Below the pieces are notes generated by a model. It saw nothing but the letters and a program-made list of their open reading frames with translations, searched no databases and was not told the origin of the DNA. Positions 26,448 through 40,654 of a stretch of 64,000 nucleotides of DNA are shown here, piece by piece. The translations under genes and the position numbers were made by a program. This stretch comes from Octopus vulgaris. Lineage: Eukaryota. The first letter of the stretch is position 1; every line of letters starts with the position of its first letter. The stretch spans positions 63,612,001 through 63,676,000 of the forward strand of contig OX597824.1 of NCBI GenBank assembly GCA_951406725.2. The letters are read 5' to 3'.

Positions 26448-26584
26448 GTATTGATAATATGAATACATGTTGCTGGTATAAACAGAAGACCAGCAATTTT
26501 GAGGATAAGAAACTAATTGATACCTTTTTCTCCAGTACTTGACTGGTACTTTGTTTTATCGTACTCGATAAATGAAAGTATATG

Positions 26585-26812
26585 TAGCCTAGTGGTGAGG
26601 CTTTTGTGCTGACGAGGGCGAGTCGTGGTTCCTAGACCGCTTGGCACGTTGTGTTCTGAAGCAAAACACTTCGTCTCACGTTGTTCTGTGATCACTTCGA
26701 CACCTGACGCATGCACACGGTGCGCCTGTTCAGACAACGTCGATTTGATGGAGAGAGTGAGCTAATGTGCAGCACAAACACTTGATTGCTATAAACAAAT
26801 CATTTGTGCAAG
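26585..26812 (+). mobile_element. SINE with family-C head and a distinct tail
   Basis: gcctagtggtgagg...ttgtgttctgaagcaaaacacttcgtctcacgttg resembles 43120-43235, then diverges. Confidence 0.6.
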
Positions 26813-26860
26813 TCGTTGTCGTTGTTGTTGTTGTTGTTGTTGTCGTTGCTGTTGTTGCTT

Positions 26861-27048
26861 TTAAGGCGGCAACATGCAGAATCGTCAGTCGCTTTTCGTC
26901 CATGTTTACGATCTGAGTTCACCGAGGTCGACTTTGACATATATCTTGTCGGTGTCCATAAAATAAGTACCAATTGAACACTGCGAGCGGCGAAATCGAC
27001 TTAAACTCTACCCCATAATTGCTGGTCTTGTGCCAAAATTTGAAACCA
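26861..27048 (+). mobile_element. SINE family B
   Basis: ccgaggtcgactttgac...aaaataagtacc...ttgctggtcttgtgccaaaatttgaaacc followed by (ATT)n. Confidence 0.8.
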
Positions 27049-27051
27049 TCA

Positions 27052-27095
<44 letters not shown>

Positions 27096-27648
27096 GAGTG
27101 AGAGAGCAGTTCATGCCATCAAAGTGACACTGGGGTAAAATATACGAAGCCCAATATACCCATCATGACTACCCGTCTGATAAAGGTACACCAGGCACAT
27201 GCATCACAACCATATGTGCGCGACATGGTGATCTCATATCAAGATAAACAGCACATGACCTTGCAGGTGGGGCCCAGTTTGAATTTTCTTCAGGTTGAGT
27301 AGCCCATCCCGCTCAAACGGTCCCCGAATAAGGGTTGTTTAAGGATGTTGAAAGAACCACCCATGTTTCCAGAGGTGAACTATTCAAACCCCAAAGCATC
27401 CCTCTCAACACATGGCTATGATGCTCCCCCACTACTTCTGCTCGTGATCAGAGATGCACATATCGTCAGCCACTAAGGGACATGCTCAACTGGTTAAGGT
27501 CAAACAACTGACAAGCAAATCTGTGGTATTGAGCAGAATATTTGCTGTAGCCCATCTTTTATACCAAGACAAAACAATGTACATGATAACACTTCCAATC
27601 AGTTAAGATCAGAAGCCATGAGAGCCACTGCCTGGTACTGCATCAGGG

Positions 27649-27649
<1 letters not shown>
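27096..27649. mobile_element. ~555-bp non-coding interspersed repeat embedded in (ATT)n
   Basis: Sharp (ATT)n boundaries on both sides; inverted, diverged partial copy at ~46830-46998. Confidence 0.7.
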
Positions 27650-27697
<48 letters not shown>

Positions 27698-27700
<3 letters not shown>

Positions 27701-27813
27701 TAGTTTTATTTTTATAGCGTGCTTTCACTTCACTACCGAGCGCAGCTCTGTGTACCTTGGGTATGTGCTGTGATTTGTTGTGATGCTCTGATGGTTATTG
27801 TATGGAAAGTGTT
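27698..27813 (-). mobile_element. Extremely 5'-truncated (~115 bp) copy of the adjacent R4/Dong-like element
   Basis: Near-identical to 27928-28049; (ATT)n on both sides. Confidence 0.9.
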
Positions 27814-27820
27814 ATTATTA

Positions 27821-27907
<87 letters not shown>

Positions 27908-27927
27908 GTATTAGTATTATTATTATT

Positions 27928-29125
27928 CAGTAGTTTTATTTTTATTTCTATAGCGTGCTTTCACTTCACTACCGAGCGCAGCTCTGTGTGCCTTGGGTAT
28001 GTGCTGTGATTTGTTGTGATGCTCTGATGGTTATTGTATGGAAAGTGTTCTGCGTAGGATGTGTGCAGTGCCTAGTAGTGCAATTTTCTGTATGTTATAT
28101 GTGTTTGTAAGTCCTGGTGTTTTTGTTATGTATTTGTCTGAATATTTTTTTATCATGCCTAATGCACCTACTATGATAGGAATTGTTTCTGTTTTCAGAT
28201 TCCACATTCTAGTTACCTCTATTTCCAGGTCTTTGTATTTTGAGAGTTTCTCCATTTCTTTTAGAGACACGTTGTCATCTGCCGGTACTGATACATCAAT
28301 TAGAAAGCATTTTTTTTCTTCATGGTCTCTGACAACTATATCTGGTCTGTTGGCCTTAATTTCTCTATCTGTGTGTATCGGCATATCCCAGAGTATGGTT
28401 GCTTTCTTGTTTTCTGTGACCTTTTCTGGTGTGTGCCTATACCATCTTTTTTCTGTTGTTATTCCATAATGTTGGCATAGCTTCCAATGTATGTAAGTTC
28501 CAACTCTGTCATGTCTGTGAATATATTCCTTCTTAGCCAGGACTGGGCAGCTAGAGATAATATGATTTATTGTTTCTTGTCCATCTCCACATATTCTGCA
28601 GTTACTTGTAATATTTCTTTTCATTACATGTTTTTGGTAATTTCTGGTGGGGAGGCTTTGGTCTTGTGCTGCAATTAAAAATCCCTCTGTTTCTGCTTTG
28701 AGTCCTGAGCTTCTCAACCATTGCTGGGATTTTTCTTTGTCTATTTCTTTTGCGTTTAGTTTAGTCCAGTATTTACCATGAAGGGGCTTTTCTTGCCATC
28801 GTTTTATCATGGTTCGTTGCTGTTCTATTTTTAGTTTGGATTTCATTTTTTTTATAGCTTTTGTTGTTTCTTCATCTTCTTCTTCTTCTTCTTCATGTTT
28901 ATTAGGTGGTATGATTTCTTGTTTGTATTTGTCAACTTCCTTAAATACTGAGAACAGTTTTTTGTTTTGCTCGTGTTTTGCCGCTATCTGGATCAGTTTT
29001 CCTTCCTTCTGAAGTAGATATTTTTGCAGTTCTATGGTGGTTATTTTATAGTAGTTTTCCAGCTGTATAAGGCCTCTACCACCTTCTATACGTTGTATAT
29101 ATAGTCTTTCTATGTCAGATTTTGG

Positions 29126-29127
<2 letters not shown>
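27928..29127 (-). mobile_element. R4/Dong-like RLE non-LTR retrotransposon, 5'-truncated, in (TAA)n
   Basis: ORF 28031-28846 with CCHC knuckle (CRICGDGQETINHIISSC), RHD, RPDIVV..CFLIDV, KYKDLEIE; open upstream to PKSDIERLY; (ATT)n flanks. Confidence 0.92.
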
Positions 29128-29174
<47 letters not shown>

Positions 29175-30068
29175 GTTTGTGTGCATATAAGGATAGCACA
29201 TTATAACAGGCATGTGCATAAACACTCTGGCACGCATTCATACAAACATTTTCCTCTGCCTATATTTAGTTTCACTAATCATTAGTAATTTATCTCTCAG
29301 TTAACTCATATACACTAGACGACATAAAATACAAACCAAAGGTCAGACAGTACATCTTTTAAACCGCCAGATTTAAACTGCAACATTTATATATCGGGAT
29401 TAGTTGATTCTTTTGCAGAATATAGAACATTTAATATGTTTGATTCTAAAATAGCATGTGCTACGCTAACTAAATAACAATTAAAATTTCTGAAATGAAA
29501 TTCCATACTCTGCTATAAGCATTGCCAGTACTCATAAACCATATGGCTGTGTATTTTTGGCCGTCTCATTCTCTTTTTCTCTGTCTCCTTTATTCTTTTC
29601 ATGATTTTGTTTTTGTTGTTATTTCTTTGGAAACTTTTATACTATTATTTTTATTTATTTTGAACAAGGTGTTATCCAGTGTTTAGTGTTTCTGTATTGC
29701 TGACATTATATCATCGGTCATCGTTATACGCAGAAATTAATCTCTGGTATGTTTCCGTTGAACGCTGCGAATATATATACATACACATACGCACGCGCGC
29801 GCACACACACGTATACACACATATAAGAAGATCAAAAGTCAAAACAAACACAACAGAAGTTAAAAGGCGTATAAAATGAATGTATCAGTTTAAGATAGAC
29901 AAAAGAGGTGTATAAAGTCTCAAGCATAGCAATTGGTCGGAAAAGAGGAGAAATCCAGAGAAGGAAAACAATAGTTCGAGGAAAGTACCCGTTTAGTTAT
30001 ATGATTAAAGGGACCGGAAGTGTATATATCGATATATATATAAATAGATATATATACACACATAATGC

Positions 30069-30104
<36 letters not shown>

Positions 30105-30111
30105 GTATACG

Positions 30112-30169
<58 letters not shown>

Positions 30170-30590
30170 GCAAAATGAGGATTCAGATAGCATTAGGTAC
30201 TTGAAAAGATATGCATCAGGTAGTTGAATAAATTTATAGTTCCAGCCTATGGTTGGTAGGTATCAAATATGTATTTCAGTTGTGTAGAAAATACCATATG
30301 TATGCATGCATGCATGTATTTATGTATGCATGTATGCATGTATGTATGTATGTATGTATGTATATATGTATGTTTGTATAGCTGATGCCTTAATTTGCAC
30401 GAATACTTGATCTACAAAGCTGGGAAATCTTGGTCATTATCGAAAGTATACTGTGAATTATTGCCCTTTATATGAAACAATAAGAATTTTTGACCTCTGA
30501 TTACAATAGTATTTTCATTACAGAAGAATGTACATACATCTTTACGTATATGTCCAAACAAATATATACTTATATAAATACATTCGCGGT

Positions 30591-30630
<40 letters not shown>

Positions 30631-30655
30631 CAGATAGACAGACAGACAGACAGAC

Positions 30656-30752
<97 letters not shown>

Positions 30753-30753
<1 letters not shown>

Positions 30754-32024
30754 GTTTCTTTATTGGCCACACAGGGCTGCACACAGATGGGACAAGTTAC
30801 AAGGTAGAGCTTTTCTTTTGGGGGATGAAGAGAACAAAAAACAAAAGAAAAAAAAAGGGGGTGGCGTAGGTTTTCGATCAAGAGGGATCGTAAAAGGGAA
30901 GAAAAGAACAAAAACAAAAAAAAATTGAATAAAATAAAAGGAATAAAAAGAAAAAAAAAGAAAAGGAAAAGGAACAAAAGGAAAGAGAAATAAAAAAAGA
31001 AGAAAAAAGGGGAAAAAAAGGGGAAGAGGAAAAAAAAAGAACGATCAATAGGGATCGTGTATCACAGTGTTATGATATATGGTGTAAAGGGGAAAGCAAG
31101 TAAGGTTTATCCGTGGGAAGAAAAGCCTACGAAAATGACCACGGTAACCTTGGTCAATATTGTTATATGTTACCACATTTGTTTGCAAGTGGGTAACACT
31201 CTGTTTTCAATTTCTGGGTTCATAGGATTATGCTCAAGGTGGCTTCGTCATTCATACGTGCCATCCTTGCTACATTCACCCATCTTTTTTTAAAACATTC
31301 GCTAGACAAAACTTGCCTCTCTACTCTCACTTTCCTTTTCAAGTGGTACTTGAAGAAGTTGATGAGAGATTGACCAGAGAGGAAAGTGTTTGTCTCCAAT
31401 CCTTTCAGACGCGTCCACCAGATACATTCTTTCGCCATAGCCACAAGGATGATGAAAATAGCTCTTCCTTCCCGTTTGAAGGAAGGAGGCGTGACAATAT
31501 TGACGATAGACTCAGCTGATAAACCGACTCGTCCCACACGTGACAGCAGTTGTTCGACATAAGCCCACAGGTCGGAAATTGTTGGACACTGCACGAGTGC
31601 GTGCAGAACGGTTTCGTCGCTCTGACCGCATCTCGGGCAGGTCGGCCCCGTGTTTCTCGAGCCGTGTCTGTAGAGCTTATCCCGAACGGGTAGCGCTTCT
31701 CGGTAGCACTGCCAGGCCAGGGATCTCTGGAAGTTGTCCATGGGCCCTGGCCCGAAAGTCGTCCTGAACAGGCGGGTCAGGTACTCCTCGTCGACGTCCA
31801 GGTTCGCCCCGAGCTCGTCGTCGTACCTCCCCTCCACTAATCCCCTATAGAATGCTTTGGTTGTGTTGAAGTCACTCAAGGTCGACCCGGGACGGCAGAG
31901 TTGCTTGAGAGCAACGCGACACTCGCGGTGCCAATCGCCCTTCCTCGGCCTCTTTTTGATCCACGACTGCAGTTCGGTCATGGAGACGTGCTGCAGGAAA
32001 GCGTGCCTCACAAACGGCGACCAC
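30753..32024 (-). mobile_element. Tx1/L1-clade LINE, 5'-truncated, inserted in (GATA)n
   Basis: C-terminal ORF2 with zf-RVT-type motif ([15 protein letters not shown]...[18 protein letters not shown]), stop at 31220, U-rich 3'UTR, AATAAA just before the junction; (GATA)n on both sides. Confidence 0.85.
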
Positions 32025-32113
<89 letters not shown>

Positions 32114-32147
32114 GCAGACAGACAGATAGACAGACAGACAGACAGAC

Positions 32148-32217
<70 letters not shown>

Positions 32218-32239
32218 GCAGACAGACAGACTGATAGAC

Positions 32240-32311
<72 letters not shown>

Positions 32312-32324
32312 GATATTAATAAAC

Positions 32325-32362
<38 letters not shown>

Positions 32363-35300
32363 TGTATGTATGTAAGTACATGTGTAGGTATGTATGTGTA
32401 GGTATTTATATGTATATATATACATGTGTCCATATGTACATACATACACCAAGTTAGAATTGCTGTGACGAAGATATTAATACAAAGTTATGTAAATTTT
32501 GGAAATTTATGTATTATTCAGTACTATAATCAGTTTGAGTTATTAATAATTTATTAATAATACTGGATGGATTTTAGTTTCTTTTCATTCAAACTTTCCA
32601 GAAATGTTTGTCATTTATATAATTCACTTAACTATGAGACTTATATGATTGTCATATCGTTCTCAAGAGCATTGCCCAATATATATAGAATAAAAGACTT
32701 TGGAACTGAAATTGAAATGGTCGTGGAATTTATTACTCTCTACAGTGCTAGCATAATATAAAGCAAGTAGTACTCAGATGAATAATTAGAATTCTCTTAA
32801 TGTCTCTTCTAATAAATATTATTCATTTGTCATTCTTGAGTAAGCTTGAAAATTCAATCTTAAAAAGAATGACGTTGGTCGTTGTCGTAATCGCTATGGT
32901 ATTTTTTTTTCAATTTTTTTGTAGTTTTTTGTGGTTGTTGCTGCTGCTATTGCTGCTTGAGTCTGTCTTGGCTGACCAGATCTGCAATTAAATAAATTTA
33001 AATGCCATCGTGACGTTTTGTGCATTACGTTAGCCAAAACATACTCCAGCTTTTAAAGAAGGCAAAATGTGATTTATGGGAGATTTTGTTGTTATTTGTA
33101 ACACGTTAAACGATCAAGTAACATGTTCCTTCTAATTAGCATAAGGGACAAAGTAAATATTCAGCTAACAGAGGAGACATTTCTCAGACTTATAGTATTG
33201 GCCACAGTGCTAGTTTTAGCAGAATCACATGTGTGACGGGTAAAATGCCTAGTGTCATATAATTGTGTACCTTTATGATTCACGTTCAAATCCCGCCAAT
33301 ACTGAACTAGCCTTTCATCAATTATTCTGGGTCTATAAAACAAGTACCCAATCAGTTCTCTGAAATGCTAACGACTCAGAAACCTACAGTATCCAAGATA
33401 ATTACTTCTATGTGTTAGCAACGAATAAAAAAAAAATGTCTTAGATTCTCTCTCTAGGCTCATCTCCATAATAGAAAGGTGAAATGCAAAATAGCGGGAA
33501 AAACACACAGATTATCATAGTCATTTTCTTGGGATTTGTTTAGGTATTTTTCTTCTCTTGTTCACCTGAAATCTCATTTATTAAACAAACTGAAAATTTG
33601 CTTAACAACTACAGCACCTAGTTTATATCTAGGTCAAAAGCTGAGATAAATAAACACTTAATTTTTAATGTATGAATTTTATCATTACTGTTGCCATTAA
33701 AATTATATTAATTTTTTGAATGGCATCAAGATAAGTGACTCATTTTGTTCTGTAGATTTATGACACACTCCAATGAATTCAATCATATAATATTTGAAGC
33801 TATTTTTCTTTACTTTCAAAACTTTGTAGCTAATGGGAATTTCTATTCAAGTACTATTCATTTATGTTTACTTTTATAACATCGAATAAAACGAGTGATG
33901 ACAGGAAATGATAAATGATAAACCAGTAGTTAAATTTGTTCATCTGGTGTCCTTTGAATTGCTGTCTAATGCAATCTCAGTATAGCGTCGTAGAACGATT
34001 ATTGCAGGCTCCAGCAAAGCGAGACGTGAGAATTCGTTCTCCTTTAATGACAGAATTATTACATTTCATCTACGCTGATAACACCATTGGAAAGCGATGG
34101 AAGTCAAAACATCGCATTTCATTATGTATAAACATTGAATTAATGTTTAAAATAATATCAGTTTAAATTAAATTTTTTATTTGATGACGATCGGAAAACA
34201 GACAGATTCTACATACTGTTTCGACTTGGTAGAAATAACCGACTCACCTCCCTCAAATCTTACCTTCCTTCTTGAAGATAGAAAGCCGTGTTGGGTAATG
34301 TTGTACAAAAACTATATCTCAAAAAATATGGTGATCACCAATAGAACAGTTTATTTTATTTAAGGTTTGCTTGGTTACACTTTGACCTGGGGTAAAACAA
34401 AAGAGTGATTTTTAAGTAATAATCTATAAGTAGAGCCTATAAAGAGATACATTCAGATGTTCAACCTGTAAGAAATAATAGCCAAATCTTGATATCACAT
34501 CCATCGTCTTCAAATATGAAGGCCTCATTTGATCATGTAATTTTTTGCCTTAAAAAGATAGATGGTTTAGTCTACGCTTTCGATTACAAGTGTACTAGGT
34601 TGGAGATGAACTAAGGCTAAACAACAACATCATTATTTATCAAATTATATATAAGTACACACGTTAACGCCCGGGGCAAGCACTGCGTAAAGAAATAATA
34701 CACGCAACAAGAGAAAAAGAATCATAGAGAGAGACAGAGAGATGGAAGAAGAAGAGGAAAAGAAAAGTGAGTAAATAATTAAGTAGTTATGGAATGAGTT
34801 ATAAAATAGAACAATTTGTTTAAATTTTATTTCGAAGTAAATATACTTTTACTTCGGAGTAAATTTTCCTCTGAAAACTTAGCATTCATTTCACTCTTCT
34901 GGATTGGCACCAAGAAATTTGGTAAGTTAAATTGTAATTGTATATATGCCAGATTTCTTGATATTACACATAGTGGCAAAAGTATGCTTCCAAAGTCAAG
35001 CCTTATGTGACGGGAATGACTCTATAGAAATTGTTGGTCACATATTTGATACTGATATTTTTCTATACAAAGATATCAATATCAAAATATAGATACGTTG
35101 TCATAGAAAATACTACTAACCAGTCATGTGTTGTATGATTATTGTATAGGATGAAATATTAACATTTCTATTTTACACTGTCATTGGTGTGGTGCTAGTA
35201 AAATTAGACAGGTGTCATGTGTAACAAATATTTTGTAGGGTTTTTTTCAGTTACTCTCATGGTTTGGACCCATGCATATTGTGCGTTTGATGTTGAAATG

Positions 35301-38300
35301 CTTAATAAGAATGATGATTTAGAGGATATTTTAAAGTACCCTGTATAATTTATCTGAAAACTTATTTTATATTTTAATTCCATCTAAAATTATCGATGAG
35401 GCTAAAAGTTTTCATTAAAATTGACTAAAATATTATTCATCCAGTCTCGGTCAACCGTCTCGATAAACAACTTTTTATTTGCAGCCACAATCTTTCAGGA
35501 AATAAAACAGCCGTAGGAAGGAGAAAACTTTGCAATTAAATTAAAATAAATAATAATTAACTTCATAAGAGTGTCAAGATCACTTTGTGTCACTTCTTAA
35601 AGAAAGAAATTAATTTATTTCCGCTTCTATCTTAATTTATTAAGCAAATATTGTGACTTTTTCTATTTGATAATCAATTTATTAAAGACACAAAATAGTC
35701 GAGTCATATTTGAGATTTCGCTATACCAGGGAGAGAAACTCCAATAAATCTGAAGTCATTTAATGTTTCTATTTTTCATACATTGTTCTAGAGAAAGCGA
35801 TATATCTATGTTTAACGTACATTTTGTCTTCAACAGTTGCACTTAAATATGTGCAGAAAACAAGTAAACGGAGTGATTTTCACAAATGATGTTACGGGGA
35901 AAGGATGACTGACATTAAAAAATGGCTTGACCACTACTCTTTCCCCACAAATATAAGATAAATATATATGATCTATCAAATTAAAATTAATACTATAGCT
36001 AAAGCTCCAACCATTTTATTAACTACATCGAGATTTACGGACTAAATGATTTCTCTATTGTCGCTTCTCCTACAGAAATAGAAATCACATACCACTCATA
36101 TCTCCCTACCGCCTTAACAATTGAGGGGTATATCAAATACTATATTCTCTATGCACTGTCTACTTTTATGATATATTTTGTTATGTATTTTAAAACCAAG
36201 TCAACCTTTGTTGTCCTGAGACGATGAACAAGGGAAAACGTATCATCGACCTATGACCATCGTAACGATTACATTATTCAGTGAGTTACTTCTTTGCTAA
36301 AGACTGTACTGTGTGGCTTATTAGATATTTAGCTGCTATCTCTAGTGGAAGAATTACTACTCAAATATTCCCTCACTGACTCATAACAATGATAGCTGAA
36401 ACATTTTTAATCACACGTTTACTCGAGCAGCGCTCAAATGAGGCTAAGTAACAATAACAAGTCTGGGTTTCGTATAAAATATATTTCCATTAATTAAAAG
36501 CAATATATTCTCCTATGCTCAACATAATAAAGACTGTATCATAAACCCATCCTAACATTCACCTCAATCATTCATACCTAGATCATGAACCCACATGATA
36601 TCCCTTCTTACTCATCTATTTTCTGCCATCCTCAATTTTCAGTTGATGTGGAGAAAGGAGAACTATCTACATAGCATGGGCCTTGGAACATATTATTAAT
36701 AAACTTCCTCTAGTCCCTTTACTACAAGATTTAGCAGTCTCTAGTAAAGACAAATAATAATTATTATTGATAAAGAACAAAAACCAAACAGAGACATGTC
36801 AGTGACGCGGTTTCAATTCTCTCATAGGCTATTAGTATTTTTTCCTTTGAAAATCACACTAAACATGGCGTTCAACCTGACACGTCCCGTACACATCAGT
36901 CTTTCTTCTATGCGTGCGTTCTCGCTCGTTTTTTTTTCTTTTCTGACGGACACTTTGTTTTGCTAGTTGCTATATAATCTTATGAAAGTAAAACACGTTC
37001 CTTCTTCTTCAGTGGGATGTGGTGGGTTATATTTTTATCAGCTAGAACTCAAAGCTCGAATTACAATTACAGTATCAACAGGTACCTCCATTTAGTTTAC
37101 TAAAGAGAAAGAAGTTGTCGCTAGATGGTATTGACAAAAACTACATAGAGGAGGAAAAGTAAATAATAACCTTGATACGTTCACAATATTTTCTTAGTAA
37201 CACTCTGAATGAACACTTCTTTGACTAAAGACATTTGTAAGGTATGTGATATGATTATGATGATGATGTGAGGAGGGGAAAGTGGATGACGATTGTGATG
37301 ATAATGTTAACCGCGACGATCATGGGGGTGTATTTGGTGTTAGTGATTGAAATGATGATGATTATTATGATTAATATGATGATAGTGGTGTGAGGGGCAA
37401 TGATAATATTCATGAAGCCGTTAGAGAACAGACGACCGGTTTTAGCCTCGTGTAGGGTCTAACTTTGAAATATCAGATATATAAGCAATTTATTATACTC
37501 TATAGTAAGTCAATTAAAATGTTTAATAAAAAATACTATTGTATGAGTTTTCTGTATTCATTGACCTTATATAAACAGCACTTCTATAAGTTTCTCCAAC
37601 TCTCTTCACGTCATATAAATATATACGTTTATCCTGGCGGGAAGTCGTACAGAAAAATGTACGAGAAAACAAGCAAGACAAATGAAATATATATATCGCT
37701 ACTAAACATTCGGGCATTTTAGATTAGAGAAGGTTTCCATGAGATTCTCTTTTTTCAGTCTATTTTTCTATGTTTTTATTTATTTATCTGTCTATCAATC
37801 CATTTATGTAACTATATATGTATGTATGCATGCATGTATGTATGTATCTATCTATCTGTCAGTCTGTCTGTCTATCTATCTCTCTATCTATCTCTCTATC
37901 TATCTATCAGACTATCTGTCTATCGCTACCTGTCAATATCTATCAACCTATCTCCATTTCCATCTATTTATCAATATCTATCTATATCTATCTTAATCTT
38001 CACTCTATATCTATCCTTATATATCTTTCTCTTTCTATTGATCCCTAACTATATCTTTCTAACTATCTATCTATCACTCAATCTATCTACCTAGTCATTA
38101 ATCTAAAATCTCTATTCATTTATCTATCTCTATTCGCCATTAATCTATACGTCGTTTTCTTTTCGCATATACAAAGTATTATACGATAGCTGAACAATTT
38201 TTGCAAGAAAACATGTTCAATGTCTTATATTTTCACGAAGGTTTCCTGAGAGAAGGCTAAAATGTCGATTCGACAATCTTAAACGATAGAGAAAAATTTA

Positions 38301-38403
38301 AAGAATATCTAAGGTCCAGTAACTTTGCTACTACTACTGCTATTACTACAACAACTACTACTACTACAACTACTACTACTACAACTACTACTACTACTAC
38401 TAC

Positions 38404-38448
<45 letters not shown>

Positions 38449-38459
38449 TGATGATGATG

Positions 38460-39298
38460 ATATACTTCGAAGTCGAAATGCTAATGTAGATCAAATAACA
38501 ACCCATCAGTGGCTGAGAAGTTCGAGACTGAAAACAGAGACTGACGGTTTCATATTCGCGGTATAAGACCAAAGCTTGCTCACAAAAATCTACCAGGCCG
38601 ACGTTCTTCAAACGAGTCTGACCATAAATGCAGATTCTGCGACACATTTAACAAAGCAATAGACCAACTCGTCTCGGGATGTCCTGTGCGTACGCCAAGC
38701 AAATATAATAATCGCTACGATAAGATAGGACAGTATTTACATTGGAAAATATGTAAGCTCTACAAAATCAGCACTCCTACTTACTTGTATGAACTTCATC
38801 CTGAGTCAGTGGTTGAATGTAAAAGTGTCCCTATCCTCTAAAATTGTCCAGTCAACACTGACAGAACCATACAGGCTAATCGACCAGACGTAATAAATAA
38901 AGACAGGGAAGAAAATACTTGTACACTAATAGATGTAAGTATTCCCACTGATTAAAACTATATATGTCAAGGACTGTGACAAACTAAGTAGATATAAGGA
39001 CCTGGAAATGAAATACAAAGATGTGGCGTCTTTGATAAAATTTGATGACAGAAACATCTAGATAAGATCCCAGGAGAACCACGTCTCAGAGAAATCCAAA
39101 ACATTGTGCTGATAAGTACTGCACACATCCTTAGAAAAACTCTATCCATTTAAATGTATTTGCTGTGTTTCATGGAGATATTTCACTACCTCTGCTCCCC
39201 AAGATTTCATTCATATTGTAACATCTCTTGTCCTTCACTCGCCCTAGGAAACTGGGTGTGTCTCGGCAAGTGACTGTAAGAAAGATGCAGATTAAAAG
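38460..39298 (+). mobile_element. R4/Dong-like 3' fragment, decayed
   Basis: HQWLRSSRLKTETDGFIF, CRFC, ANRPD, AHILRKTLSI remnants with stops; (AAT)n flanks. Confidence 0.85.
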
Positions 39299-39361
39299 TA
39301 ATAATAATAATAATAATAATAATGATGATGATGATGATGATGATGATAATAATAATAATAA

Positions 39362-40495
39362 TGTCTGGTTAAAATATCTGACAGGACCACATAAAAAGCT
39401 GGTTGAGAAATTGAATGACATACTGGTAGAGCCAGAGACAATGCCTGAATGGCTCATGGAAGAGAAAACTATCCTAATTCCCAAATCCACTGAAACGGCA
39501 AACCCACAAAATTACAGACGAATAACTTGTCTCCCTACAATTTACAAAGCCTTAACTGCAATAATATCGCAGAGAATGAGCAAGTATCTGGAAGAAAACA
39601 ACCTGTTTCCAGAAGAGCAGATGGGATGCTGCAAGGGCTCAAACGACTGAAAAGATCAACTAATGATCAATAAAGCCATAATGGAAGATAGCCGCAGAAA
39701 GAAGTATAATCTGGATCAATTACCAAAAGGTTTTTGATACTATTTCCCACACAATTATTCTAGAAACACTAGCCATGAACAAGCCAGCACCAATAATCAT
39801 AAAATATATAACACATTCCATGAATAAATGGCAGACAGTGCTACAGCTCCAAACAAAAGAGTGACTCATAAAAACCAAAGCCATCCTCATTAGAAGAGGA
39901 ATATTCCAAGGAGAACGCTCTCTCCACTCTTTTTCTGTTTGGCACCGACACCTTTATCTGAAACGCTAAACAGAACTGGATGCGGATACAACTGTTACGG
40001 TAAAACAATCACCCACCTCTCTATATATAGATGACCTAAAACTATACGCTACAAATAATAAACAGCTGGAAACATTACTAAAGACAGTACATGGATTTAT
40101 CAAAGAAATAAATATGAAATTTGGCTTAGAAAAATGTGCCAAAGCAACCTTGAAAAGAGGAAAACTATTTAAGAGTAGCAACATCACAATAGATAAAGCT
40201 AATGAAATAAGAGAATTAGATCAAAGCCAGACGTACAAATATTTAGGAATCAAAGAACTAGATAAGGTACAACACACACAAAGGAAAGAGAAATGATAAG
40301 AAAGAATACTATAGACGAGTTAGATTGTTACTGAAAACAGAGCTAAAAACAAGATAATAGATATCAAAACTTTAGCCGTCATAGTCATAAGTTACAGCTA
40401 CAAAATCCTTAACCGCACACTAAATGAACTAGTCGAAATAGACAGGAAAACAAGGAAAGTAATGAAAGGATTTAGGATACGCCACCCAAAGTCGA
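39362..40495 (+). mobile_element. R4/Dong-like RT-domain fragment, decayed
   Basis: LIPK..NYRRITCLPTIYK, EQMGC, RGIFQG, HLSIY(I)DDLKLY, FGLEKCAKA remnants; starts after (AAT)n and ends at the HPKS codons. Confidence 0.88.
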
Positions 40496-40587
40496 CCACG
40501 GCGGAATTTGAACACAGAGCGTAAAGGCAGACAAAGTGCCAATAAGCATTTTGGCCGGCGTGCTAACGTTTCTGCCAGCTCACGGCC

Positions 40588-40589
<2 letters not shown>
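40493..40589 (-). mobile_element. SINE family B 5' half
   Basis: aagtcgaccacggcggaatttgaac...gctaacgtttctgccagctc is the reverse complement of the family B head. Confidence 0.8.
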
Positions 40590-40648
<59 letters not shown>

Positions 40649-40654
40649 TAATAA

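Noticed and set aside
27590-27649. HDV-like ribozyme at the end of the 555-bp element
   Set aside because: A partial P1 (gccctga/tcatggc) exists, but I could not build P3, P1.1 or J4/2.
32025-32452. N-terminal part of the 410-aa ORF
   Set aside because: Microsatellite read-through upstream of the truncated Tx1 ORF.
40536-40654. N-terminus of the 563-aa ORF
   Set aside because: GTG start in an antisense SINE plus (AAT)n; chance in-frame fusion to a truncated R4 ORF, not a real gene.
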